A DNA stretch of 64,000 nt from contig CAVSNU010000002.1 in assembly GCA_963729445.1 (NCBI GenBank), positions 1,143,925 through 1,207,924 on the forward strand, in the 5' to 3' direction. The notes under the pieces were generated by a model. That model saw nothing but the letters and a program-made list of their open reading frames with translations, was not told the DNA's origin and did not search any database. Source of the DNA: an uncultured Chloroflexia bacterium. GTDB taxonomy: Bacteria > Chloroflexota > Chloroflexia > Thermomicrobiales > CFX8. Position 1 is the stretch's first letter, and each line of letters begins with the position of its first letter. This document shows, piece after piece, positions 1 through 8,993 of the stretch. A program made the position numbers and the translations under genes.

Positions 1-14
1 TCACCCCGTAAGCG

Positions 15-55
15 AACGATCGTTTGGTACCTAAATGTAAACGATCGTTCGGTAC
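15..55. repeat. Two direct copies (15-30 and 40-55) of AACGATCGTT(T/C)GGTAC, each containing the 10-bp palindrome AACGATCGTT; possible operator pair
   Basis: Read directly as aacgatcgtttggtac and aacgatcgttcggtac with a 25-nt period. It lies at the window edge, so the neighbouring gene is not visible. Confidence 0.3.
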
Positions 56-157
56 GCTACCAGAGGCTTTTGAGAGGGTAGTCTTCGTTCGAGCGGACCG
101 GGTCCATCGTTATTCTGACTATGACCGACGGGGCGTGGAACAGATCCATTCGGCTGC

Positions 158-321
158 GCTCAGTACTCGACCACGATGATGGTGAGACCCCCGTAGGGGA
201 GGAGCTCGTCTCCTCCCAAAACCCCGGTCCGCTCGAGGCGGGAGGAGACGAGCTCCTCCCCTACCAACAGGCGCAACCCCGGCGCGTGACAACTCCCCTG
301 TGGTCCAGTACTCAGGATGAC
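158..321 (-). repeat. MITE-like composite element, copy 1, inverted relative to the copy at 48063-48220
   Basis: Imperfect terminal inverted repeats GCTCAGTACTCGACCAC (158-174) and GTGGTCCAGTACTCAGG (300-316), matching 14/17. The internal hairpin is perfect: arms GGGGAGGAGCTCGTCTCCTCCC (196-217) and GGGAGGAGACGAGCTCCTCCCC (240-261), with a 22-nt loop. The reverse complement aligns with 48063-48220. Confidence 0.6.
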
Positions 322-462
322 CCAGTTGAGGCTGCGTTGCCGAACACAGCGAACGGTCCGCAGATTCTGTTCGAGGAACAGAAATGCGGACCGTTCGCGA
401 TCTGGCCATAGAGGGAGGCTGCCGTAACCTGGACGAGCACCTAGGGTAAGGAGGAAGACCCC

Positions 463-3400
463 TTACTCGTAGCGCAAGGCCTCAGCAATCGGCACTGATG
501 ATGCATTGCGCGCCGGAATGATCGTCATCACGGCCGCAGACACGAGCGACAGCACCGTAAAGAAGATCACCTCGCCCCAGGGAACGGCAAACCCGCTGAT
601 CTCACCGGTATCCGAGAACGCCTCGGAGTTAATCAGGTTGTAGGAGAGGATCAGGGCGAGAACCACCCCGGTCAGCACTCCTAGTCCCGCGATCACCAGT
701 GATTCGATGAGGAACGACGCCGCCACCATATTGCGTTTGAAGCCAATTGCCCGCAACATTCCGATCTGCTGCCGGCGCTCAACCACCGCACGGAACGAGA
801 TCACCCCCAGCGCGGCGATGCCGACCAGCAAGCCGAGTCCCATGAAGCCCTGAATCAGCTGCAGGAAGCCCTGGTTGGCGCTCGCCAGCTCCTCCAGCTG
901 TGCCTGGGTCGACTCGGCCACGACACCGCGGTCGAACAGCGCCTGCTCAATCGACTTGGCAATCTCCTCGCTGTTGTCCTTCTGCTCCGGGGCGACCTTC
1001 ACGAAGAGCGTCTCCTCATCCGCCGCGTGGAAGATATCGACCAGGGATTGTTGGTTCAGGTAGACGCCGAAGGCCATACTGACTTTGCTATCGATGACGC
1101 CGATCACCGTCACCGTGCGTGTCTCACCGGTGCCCGGATCACGGACCTCGATATCGATGGGCGTCATCGGCACAGACGACACCTCTGGAACCCCCAGGAA
1201 GAACTGGTTCGGATCGTTACCAAACCCGCCCGGACCGGCGGTGAACTGGTCGACCACGGCCAGGTTCGGATCCGATGCCAGTGCCTGCCAGACCTCTTCC
1301 GTGCTGTCGTAGCCCACTGCGACATTGACGAGGGGCATCTCGGTATTGGTTGCGAATTCCTGATCGACGCCGTTCACGAACATGCGCTTCCACTCGGCGT
1401 CGGGAGCGTCTGTTCTCCGGATCTGTGTATTGCCGAACGTGATAGCCTGCACCCGGCCGACGGCCGTCACATCGCTGAGATCCGTCTCACTTCCAACCTC
1501 TTCGCGCAGATCCGCAATTGGATTGGCCGGGCTGGTCTCCACCGCAATATCCCAGCCACCGGTCGCTTCCTCGCTCGTGAAGAGATTCGCAAAGTTGGCG
1601 TTGATCGTGCCCATCACAACGAGAGAGAAGATGATGAGCGCAAACATCGCCAGCGTCATCCCGGTCTTGGCTTTTGAAGCCAGCGGGTAGGCCACCGCCA
1701 TTTTGACCGCCGGCACCCAGCGGGAGAATGCCTTGCCGAAGAGCGAGGAGATCCAGACGATGACATCGGCGTTCCACATGATCAACAGGGTTGCGTAGGT
1801 GACCATCATGATGCCTGAGACGAAGAACATCTCAAAGTCACCCGTAATCTCATCCGGATAGAGCCAATCGAATGTCCCCTCGGGCGCGAGCCAGTAGAAG
1901 AGCACGATGGCCGAGATGATGGTAAAGAGCGGGCGCTTTGGAAGCCAGCGCTGCAGCAGCAACATTAGGCCGAAGCCGAGCAACGAGATGCCCATTGAGA
2001 AGAAAAAGAGACTCCAGCGCCCGCCCTGCGCACCTTGCAGCATCATGAGCAAACCGACTGGCGTGAGCAACGGTCCCCAGAGACGGTAGTAGCCGATCAG
2101 ACCAAAGACGTATTTCCAGAAAGCGATCGGCCTCAAGTTACGCCAGCGCCAGCGTGGCCGCTTCCGGCCGCTGTCGCCATGATCCGGCAGGTCGCGGATG
2201 GCCTCCACGATGTTGAGCCGTGCCGCTCGCACTGAGGCAAAGATAATCGTGACAAAGGTGACCGCCACGCCCAGCGAATAGGCAACGGCCATCGAGCGAA
2301 ACGTGAACGTCGGCTTGATATCGAAACCTTCTCCGAGCAGGTCGCCCATGAAGATCACCATAATGGACGCAACGCCCACGCCGAGCACCGCGCCGATCAG
2401 CGCCGCGCCGAGGTCGTACGCCGTCCCTTCCGCCAGGAACTGCTGCACCAGGTGGCGCTGCTTCATGCCCACGGCACGCGCCATACCCATTTCTGCGCGT
2501 CGCTCAGCGGCCAGCATCATAAAGATCAGGAAGATCAAGAGAATACCGGCAGCCACCGAGAACATGCCCAGCACAATGAACAGACTCATCAGCAGACTCG
2601 CCAGAAAGCCCGCGTCCGCGATAGCACGCTGCTTGATGTCAGCAACACCGAGTTGCTGGCCTTCGAGCGCACTCTCAAGCGTTGCCACCACGGCGTCGGA
2701 CCGCTCGACACCGCTCTGAACGTCACCAACGTTGCTCACGGCGATGAACCGTGCCTGGCCCTCGAGCCCGGTCAGGTTCTGAACCCACTCGATGGGCATC
2801 GCCAGACCGTTGCTCTCGGGCGGGCCGTTGGTAACGAAGTTGGTGCCGGTCAAAAGACCATTCTGGGAGATCGCGCCGACCGTGAGGTCATGCGGTTCAT
2901 TCTGATAGAAGATCGTGATCTGGCTGCCAACATCGGCGTTGATCCGCTCTGCAAGGGATTCTGAGATGATCGCCGTGTCTCCGCTGAGAGGATCGTCAAT
3001 CACGTCTCCGCCCGGGTCCCGGAGTCCACCAAAGCCCTCTAGCCGGCTGGTGTCAATGCCGGACAGAATGACCGACGGCTGGTTCAGTCGCTCGGCGGTA
3101 TTGACCACCGGTACCTCAACCGTGAGTATGGGCATGAACCCTTGAATATCCGGATCATTTTGCAGCTGGGTCTCAAGGTCATCCACGATGCTGACCGGGA
3201 TCGGCTCGTTGTTGACCGAGGTTGTGCCTCGATCGTCGGATTGACCGACAAACGAGATGACCTCATCGACTTCACCGAGCGACTCATAGCTTGACGTCGT
3301 GATGAAGCTGTCGATCGTGTCGCCCGTGGTGAGCGCCGCAGAGATAATCAGGGTTGCCAGCATGAGGCCAACCATGATCAGGATCGACTGGGTCTTGCGA

Positions 3401-3540
3401 CGAGGAATGTTCCGCAGCGCCATCTTGAATACGACCCGGTTGCGCCAGGCGATATAACCGACTGAGAGCAAACACAGGCCAACAATCACAAGCAACACGT
3501 AGAGGATGCTCATGATCGAGATCCCAAAGATGTTATCCAT
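463..3540 (-). CDS. ABC transporter permease, FtsX/MacB-like with two FtsX domains (1025 aa)
   Basis: Intact 1025-aa ORF. Two FtsX-type 4-TM modules are present (..AERRAEMGMARAVGMKQRHL.. and ..VERRQQIGMLRAIGFKRNMV..) with large extracytoplasmic domains. An ABC ATPase lies immediately upstream. Confidence 0.85.
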   Translation of the reverse strand: MDNIFGISIMSILYVLLVIVGLCLLSVGYIAWRNRVVFKMALRNIPRRKTQSILIMVGLMLATLIISAALTTGDTIDSFITTSSYESLGEVDEVISFVGQSDDRGTTSVNNEPIPVSIVDDLETQLQNDPDIQGFMPILTVEVPVVNTAERLNQPSVILSGIDTSRLEGFGGLRDPGGDVIDDPLSGDTAIISESLAERINADVGSQITIFYQNEPHDLTVGAISQNGLLTGTNFVTNGPPESNGLAMPIEWVQNLTGLEGQARFIAVSNVGDVQSGVERSDAVVATLESALEGQQLGVADIKQRAIADAGFLASLLMSLFIVLGMFSVAAGILLIFLIFMMLAAERRAEMGMARAVGMKQRHLVQQFLAEGTAYDLGAALIGAVLGVGVASIMVIFMGDLLGEGFDIKPTFTFRSMAVAYSLGVAVTFVTIIFASVRAARLNIVEAIRDLPDHGDSGRKRPRWRWRNLRPIAFWKYVFGLIGYYRLWGPLLTPVGLLMMLQGAQGGRWSLFFFSMGISLLGFGLMLLLQRWLPKRPLFTIISAIVLFYWLAPEGTFDWLYPDEITGDFEMFFVSGIMMVTYATLLIMWNADVIVWISSLFGKAFSRWVPAVKMAVAYPLASKAKTGMTLAMFALIIFSLVVMGTINANFANLFTSEEATGGWDIAVETSPANPIADLREEVGSETDLSDVTAVGRVQAITFGNTQIRRTDAPDAEWKRMFVNGVDQEFATNTEMPLVNVAVGYDSTEEVWQALASDPNLAVVDQFTAGPGGFGNDPNQFFLGVPEVSSVPMTPIDIEVRDPGTGETRTVTVIGVIDSKVSMAFGVYLNQQSLVDIFHAADEETLFVKVAPEQKDNSEEIAKSIEQALFDRGVVAESTQAQLEELASANQGFLQLIQGFMGLGLLVGIAALGVISFRAVVERRQQIGMLRAIGFKRNMVAASFLIESLVIAGLGVLTGVVLALILSYNLINSEAFSDTGEISGFAVPWGEVIFFTVLSLVSAAVMTIIPARNASSVPIAEALRYE

Positions 3541-3635
3541 CGCTCGGGGTTACTCCTTTTAATGGATCGCGAGTGGGCAAAGCATCAGCATCGCGTGTCA
3601 TTTGCCCCCGGCCACCGACGAGAATGGCGCCTGGC

Positions 3636-4385
3636 TTAGTGCGCCGGGTCGTTACTCGTCTTCTCGTCTGACACAATGACGCCATCCTTCATACGGATGA
3701 TTCGACTGGTCATCGCGGCAATCCTCGGGTCGTGGGTCACAATGACGAACGACTGCTGGTTACGGCGGTTGAGATCGACCATCAGGCCCATGACTTCGTC
3801 GGCGGTCTCTGAGTCCAGGTCACCGGTAGGTTCGTCGGCCCAGACGATGGCAGGCTCGTTGACGAGCGCCCGCGCGATCGTGACCCGCTGGCGCTGTCCA
3901 CCGGACAGCTCAGCCGGCTTGTGGGTGGACCAATCGCTCAAGCCGACCTGCTCCAGGCCCTTCAACGCCTGCTGACGCGCCTGCTTCGGGTTGACGCCGC
4001 TCACGACCAGGGGCAGCTCGACGTTCTCGACGGCCGAGAGCACCGGCAGCAGGTTATAGAACTGGAAGATAAACCCCATGTTCTTCGCACGATACTCGGT
4101 GCGGTCATTGTCTGAGAGGGAGGCGAGATCGTTGCCCCCGATTTTGATGATGCCGCTGGCAATCGTGTCCAGGCCGGACAGGCAGTTGAGCAGGGTTGTC
4201 TTTCCACAGCCCGACGGCCCCATGATGGCGACCATTTCACCGCGCCCAACGTGCAGGCTGACGCCGCGCAGGGCGTTGACACGGATTTTTCCAGTGTCAT
4301 AGGTCTTGACAACGTCAATCGCTTCGATTGCTGATTGGGTCAATTGGTCGCGCTTGGCCGTTGCTTGAGAAACGGACACGGACAT
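3636..4385 (-). CDS. ABC transporter ATP-binding protein (MacB/LolD-like)
   Basis: Walker [10 protein letters not shown], signature [15 protein letters not shown] and Walker [13 protein letters not shown]. Confidence 0.9.
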   Translation of the reverse strand: MSVSVSQATAKRDQLTQSAIEAIDVVKTYDTGKIRVNALRGVSLHVGRGEMVAIMGPSGCGKTTLLNCLSGLDTIASGIIKIGGNDLASLSDNDRTEYRAKNMGFIFQFYNLLPVLSAVENVELPLVVSGVNPKQARQQALKGLEQVGLSDWSTHKPAELSGGQRQRVTIARALVNEPAIVWADEPTGDLDSETADEVMGLMVDLNRRNQQSFVIVTHDPRIAAMTSRIIRMKDGVIVSDEKTSNDPAH

Positions 4386-4589
4386 CGTGAAACCACCTTC
4401 TTCTATGCGTCGATCGTCACTGACCGGGCGTTTATCCCCGACAGTCTTCCCTGACTGGTCGGCGGCACGAGACAGGTCCCCAGCTTGCTATCTTCCTGCC
4501 TGAAACCGGATGCGATTGGTAAGTAAATCATAGAAGTCGAACGGTTGTTTGGTTAGTAGATGACGATTTATTAACCCCATACAAGGCGG

Positions 4590-4605
4590 TGTTTCACGTG
4601 AAACA
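4590..4605. other. parS: parS centromere-like site, perfect consensus TGTTTCACGTGAAACA
   Basis: Exact 16-bp palindrome read at 4590-4605, in the intergenic region between the ABC ATPase start and the PRC-barrel gene end. Confidence 0.75.
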
Positions 4606-4743
4606 CAGAGGCGCGCCGGGGTGACCACCGGAGATCGTTCCGGAGGTCACGGAGACCGGTGAAGATGCGCTTGGGCTATCTGTCGCACCGGTGCAGCGGC
4701 GTCACTCCTGCCTCAGGATGACGTCCAGGTATTCTCTCTCGCG

Positions 4744-5232
4744 CTACTCGCCCCGCGTGTCGATGCGTGGATTGGCGTGTGGCTGATGCGGATCGTCGTC
4801 AAACTGTTCCGGGCGCATCGAGTGGGTTTCTCCCGGCCGTTCCGTGAGCGGATCACGCACAGCCGGCGGTTTGGTCCAGTGATAGGGGAGGTTCCAGTAG
4901 CCGGCCAGCGCCGTCTCGTACTCCTCGCTGAACGGCACCGACGGATCGTGTTCAGGGGCGTCGTGCAGTTCCTCTTTAGCAGCATCCACGACAATGGGGT
5001 TGTTGGTTACCTGATCCCAGCGCAGCGGCGCGACCAGATACGTGCGACCCAGGCCAAGGAACCCGTCTGTTTCGAGTTCCAGGAAGCAATTCTGGGTGTG
5101 AAACTGGTCGATCAACAGATCAACGATGTGACCGAGCTTCTCGCCATCGCGGTCAACGACCTCGCGCCCTTGTAGACCCTCAATCTCCCGCGGTAGCGCA
5201 GTCTGCGCCTGGCTCGCTCGAATGTACTGCAT
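4744..5232 (-). CDS. PRC-barrel domain protein
   Basis: The N-terminal half (GREVVDRDGEKLGHIVDLLIDQ...YLVAPL) is PRC-barrel-like. The start is chosen at the internal ATG 5232, preceded by GAAGGGGGA; the ORF extends to 5289. Confidence 0.6.
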   Translation of the reverse strand: MQYIRASQAQTALPREIEGLQGREVVDRDGEKLGHIVDLLIDQFHTQNCFLELETDGFLGLGRTYLVAPLRWDQVTNNPIVVDAAKEELHDAPEHDPSVPFSEEYETALAGYWNLPYHWTKPPAVRDPLTERPGETHSMRPEQFDDDPHQPHANPRIDTRGE

Positions 5233-5305
5233 GCTTCCCCCTTCGGACAGGTGCACTGGTACAGCAGGGTTTATTCCACTATACGCCAACCGAGGGAAGC
5301 TACTA

Positions 5306-6358
5306 CTATTCGATCGCTTCTTCGCGCTGAATCTCGCGCCAGGAGAGACTCTCGCGCCACCAGAAGAAGAACCCCAGCATCGTTACCGGGAAGTAGAGCG
5401 CGGCGTGCGTGACCACGGCGTAGGAGAGCGCCGTCTCGCGCTGGATATCAAGTGCGCCGGCCAGCACCAGTACGACACCAGCCTCGAAGGGTCCGACATA
5501 GCCCGGTGAGGAGGGGATGAGCGTCGCCAGGTTCGCGACCGCCGTGACCATGAGAATGGCAGAGGGCGACAGGTTCAGGTCGAACCCCTCGGCGATCAGG
5601 TAATACGTCGACGCTTCGAGCGACCAGGCCAGTACCGATGCAGCCGCCACGATGGCCAGGTCCTGACGCCGGCGCAAGATCCCGAGCCCCTCAATAAATG
5701 AGTGCGCCATGTGTTCCACCCGCGAACCAACGCGATCAGGCAGGAACCCGACTGCCAGCGACAGCAGGCGGACCCGGATATCAGCTGCAAATACCATGAA
5801 GAAGAGCACGAGCGAACCCACCACAAACAGCCCGGTCGCGACGAGGAAGAGGTTGCGCAGATCGGTTGTGAGGGCGATCGAGAGCGAGGCGATCAGCATA
5901 AACAGCACCATCGTCAGGCCGTCGAACACGCGCTCGACGGCGATGGTCGCCAATGAACCCGTCTTGCGCACGTTGAATCGGGCCGAGAGCGCGTAGGAGC
6001 GCACGACCTCCCCGGCGCGCAGCGGCAGGACGTTGTTGGCCATGTAACCAATGACAACCACCGGGAACAGCTTCTTCGGCGGAATCGTCTGGATTGGCCG
6101 TAGGAGATAGGCCCAGCGCACCGCCCGCACGCCGACGCCGGCAAAATAGGCCGCCAGAGCCGGTAGAAGCCAACGATAGTTCGCGCTGCGCAGCGATTCA
6201 GCGATGAGGTTGAAATCCTGACCTCGCACGGCGAAGTAGATGAAGATCAGGCTGATGCCAAAGCCGATCCACACCCGCCACGACGACCGCATGGTCACGA
6301 TTACCCCCAGACGTCTGCGGAGTCTCTGGCTCTGGTCTACGGTCAAGATCCTCACCAA
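5306..6358 (-). CDS. UPF0104 / lysylphosphatidylglycerol-synthase-TM-region-like membrane protein
   Basis: 350-aa polytopic ORF with a conserved-looking RAVRWAYLL...NNVLPLRAGEVVR segment typical of flippase-like UPF0104 proteins. The start is uncertain (alternative M at 6292). Confidence 0.6.
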   Translation of the reverse strand: MVRILTVDQSQRLRRRLGVIVTMRSSWRVWIGFGISLIFIYFAVRGQDFNLIAESLRSANYRWLLPALAAYFAGVGVRAVRWAYLLRPIQTIPPKKLFPVVVIGYMANNVLPLRAGEVVRSYALSARFNVRKTGSLATIAVERVFDGLTMVLFMLIASLSIALTTDLRNLFLVATGLFVVGSLVLFFMVFAADIRVRLLSLAVGFLPDRVGSRVEHMAHSFIEGLGILRRRQDLAIVAAASVLAWSLEASTYYLIAEGFDLNLSPSAILMVTAVANLATLIPSSPGYVGPFEAGVVLVLAGALDIQRETALSYAVVTHAALYFPVTMLGFFFWWRESLSWREIQREEAIE

Positions 6359-6513
6359 CCCGACACTACCCTGTTACCTGGCACACAGCGCGAAAGGATA
6401 CCACCAGCCTTTCGCCCCCAACCCGGCCGGCAACCTCTTTCGTCAACCGGCGGCTAGTGGTACTCTGCTCGGTAGCTGTACAAGAGAATCGATGCGACAC
6501 ACAAGGAGCAAAC

Positions 6514-8843
6514 ATGGTTTACCGCGCGATGATGGGCGCCCCGGTGCGGCGCAAAGAGGACCCGCGTCTCATCACCGGCTCGTCGATGTACGTCGGCGAT
6601 CTGAAACTGCCCGGCATGCTGCATGCCATCTTCCTGCGTTCCCCGTTCGCCCACGCGCGCATCAACGGCATCCACACCGAGGCCGCGATAGTCCGCACCG
6701 GGCGTTGTCGCCGTCTACACCAACGAAGAGCTGCGTCAATTCTGCGGCCCGATGCCGGGCGGCAGCGGCGGCGAGGGCGAGGCCGAGTCGGACGACATCG
6801 TCACCCCGACGCAGGAGCCGCTCGCGTCTGACAAAGTACGCTGGGCCGGCCAGGCGGTTGCCGTTGTCCTGGCCGAAAACGAGCAGCTTGGCCGCGACGC
6901 CGCAGACCTGATCGAGGTGGACTGGGAAGAGCTGCCGGCCGTCGTTGACCCACTGCAGGCCATGCAAGACGGTGCCCCGCTGATCTGGGAGCAGGTCAAG
7001 AACAACATCGGACTGGAGCACAGCCGCACGAGCGGCGATGTCGAGGGTGCGTTCGCGAGCGCCGACGTCACCATCTCCGAGCGCATCATCTCCCAGCGAC
7101 TGGTGCCGCTGGCGATGGAGGGGCGCGCCGTCGCGGCATCGCCGGACCCGCTCACCGGTGGGCTGACCGTCTGGGTCTCGACCCAGGGTCCCCACGGCTG
7201 GCGCAACGCCGCCGCGCCGCAACTTGGATTGAAGCAGTCGCAGCTGCGGGTGATCGCGCCGGAGGTCGGCGGCGGATTCGGCAGCAAGTTCGGCGTCTAC
7301 CACGAGGAATTGATCGTCGCGGCCATCGCGAAGCATCTGAAGCGCCCGGTGCGATGGGTCGAGACGCGCTCCGAGAACTTCCTGGCGACCAACCACGGCC
7401 GCGACCAGATCGCCGACATCGAGCTGGCCGCGACAAAGGACGGCAAGATCACCGGCTTGCGACTGCAGGTCATTCAGGACGGCGGAGCCTATCCGAAAGG
7501 CGCTGGGGCTGCCGTATCTGCACCGCGACCATGGCCGTCGGCTGCTACGACATCCCGGCCGTTGATCTCGGCATCAAGGCCGTCTACACCAACACGATGG
7601 CGAACGGCGCCTACCGTGGCGCCGGCCGGCCGGAAGCCGCCTATTACATCGAGCGCGCGATCGACATGCTGGCCAACAAGCTGGGCAATGGACCCGGCAG
7701 AGCTCCGCAGGCTCAACTTCATCGAGCCCGAGGCGTTCCCCGTTACAACCGCCACCGGCGAGAAATACGACACCGGCGAGTACGCGAAGGCGCTTGACAA
7801 GGCGCTCGAAGTCTCCGGCTACGCAGCAGCTGCGCAAGGAGCAGGAGGAAGCCCGCAAGGCAGGGCAAGCTCTACGGGTATCGGCATGGCTCCTACGTCG
7901 AGATCTGCGGCTTCGGCCCGTGGGAGAGCAGCACCGTCAAGAGTCGAGCCGGGCGGCGCGGTCAGCGTCTACACCGGCATCTCGCCGCACGGCCAGGGCC
8001 AGGAGACGACCTTCGCCCAGATCGTGGCCGACAAGATCGGCGCGGACTTCGACGACATCGTCGTCCACCACGGCGACACCGACAACACCGCGCAGGGCAA
8101 CGGCACCGGCGGCAGCCGCGGGCTGGTCGTCGGCGGCGGCGCGCTGCTCCTCTCCCTTGCCAAGATCCGCGAGAAGGCCGACAACATCGCCGCGCACCTG
8201 CTGGAAGTCGCCCCGGAAGACATCGAGCTGGCCGGCCAGAAGTATCCAGGTGAAGGGTACGCCTGACCGCTCGGTGACGCTGGCAGAGATCGCCGGCGCG
8301 GCCTATGGCGGCGGGCTGCCAGACGGACATCGAAGCCGGCCTGGACACGACCGAATACTTCAGCCCGGCCGACGAGACCTTCCCGTTCGGCACCCACATC
8401 GCGGTGGTGGAGATCGACCCGGAGAGCGGCACGGTCAAGCTCACCGAACTACTTCTCGATCGACGACTGCGGCAACGTCGTCAGCCCGCTGCTGCTCGCC
8501 GGCCAGGTCCACGGCGGGCTGGCGCAGGGCATCGCCCAGGCGCTCTGGGAAGAGGCCGTCTACGACGAATCCGGCCAGTTGATCACCGCGACGCTGATGG
8601 ACTACGCCATGCCAAAGGCCGAGTTCTTCCCGCCGTTCGAGCTGGACCGCACGGTCACCACGTCGCCACTCAACCCGCTCGGCGCCAAGGGCATCGGCGA
8701 GGCCGCGACGATCGGCTCGACCCCGGCCGTCGCCAACGCGGTGGTCGACGCGCTGCTCCCCGCTGGGCATCACCCACATCGACATCCCGGCCACGGCGCC
8801 GAAGGTGTGGAGCGCGATTATGCAGGCCAAGATGGACGGATAA
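6514..8843 (+). pseudogene. Xanthine dehydrogenase family / form-II CoxL-like molybdopterin-binding large subunit, copy 1, at least 12 frame changes
   Basis: AAGGAG RBS precedes ATG 6514. N-terminus MVYRAMMGAPVRRKEDPRLITG and the AYRGAGRPEAAYYIER loop are present. The homologous reading hops frames near 6694, 7502-7521, 7687, 7826, 7866, 7879, 7890, 7942, 8246, 8324, 8449 and 8756. The stop TAA at 8841-8843 is reached only after the corrections. Confidence 0.8.
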
Positions 8844-8875
8844 CGCCCACCACAATCAAACGACGCACACCAACA

Positions 8876-8897
8876 GGGCCGGCACTCATGCCGGCCC
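8876..8897 (+). terminator. GC-rich hairpin after CoxL-like copy 1
   Basis: GGGCCGGCA ctca TGCCGGCCC (9-bp stem, 4-nt loop) followed by TGTTT. It abuts the second parS. Confidence 0.5.
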
Positions 8898-8913
8898 TGT
8901 TTCACGTGAAACA
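8898..8913. other. parS: parS centromere-like site, perfect consensus TGTTTCACGTGAAACA
   Basis: Exact 16-mer read at 8898-8913, between the two CoxL-like copies. Confidence 0.75.
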
Positions 8914-8993
8914 ATCTCGCTCACCTTTCGGCGAAGTGGTGGTACTCTGGAACGTAGATAGCCAGCATCTGCAATAGCGCCGAAGGAGGGACC

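Noticed and set aside
119-411. 96-aa ORFs on both strands at 119-411. Also the ORFs 47991-48485, 48095-48553, 48426-48650, 58751-59083 and 59343-59630.
   Set aside because: They read through the palindromic repeat clusters. The two-strand symmetry and repeat-derived peptide strings show they are repeat artefacts, not genes.
4621-4650. A 12-bp-stem hairpin (GTGACCACCGGA gatcgt TCCGGAGGTCAC, one mismatch) near the first parS.
   Set aside because: It has no T-tract on either strand and no obvious association with a gene end. I could not assign it a function.
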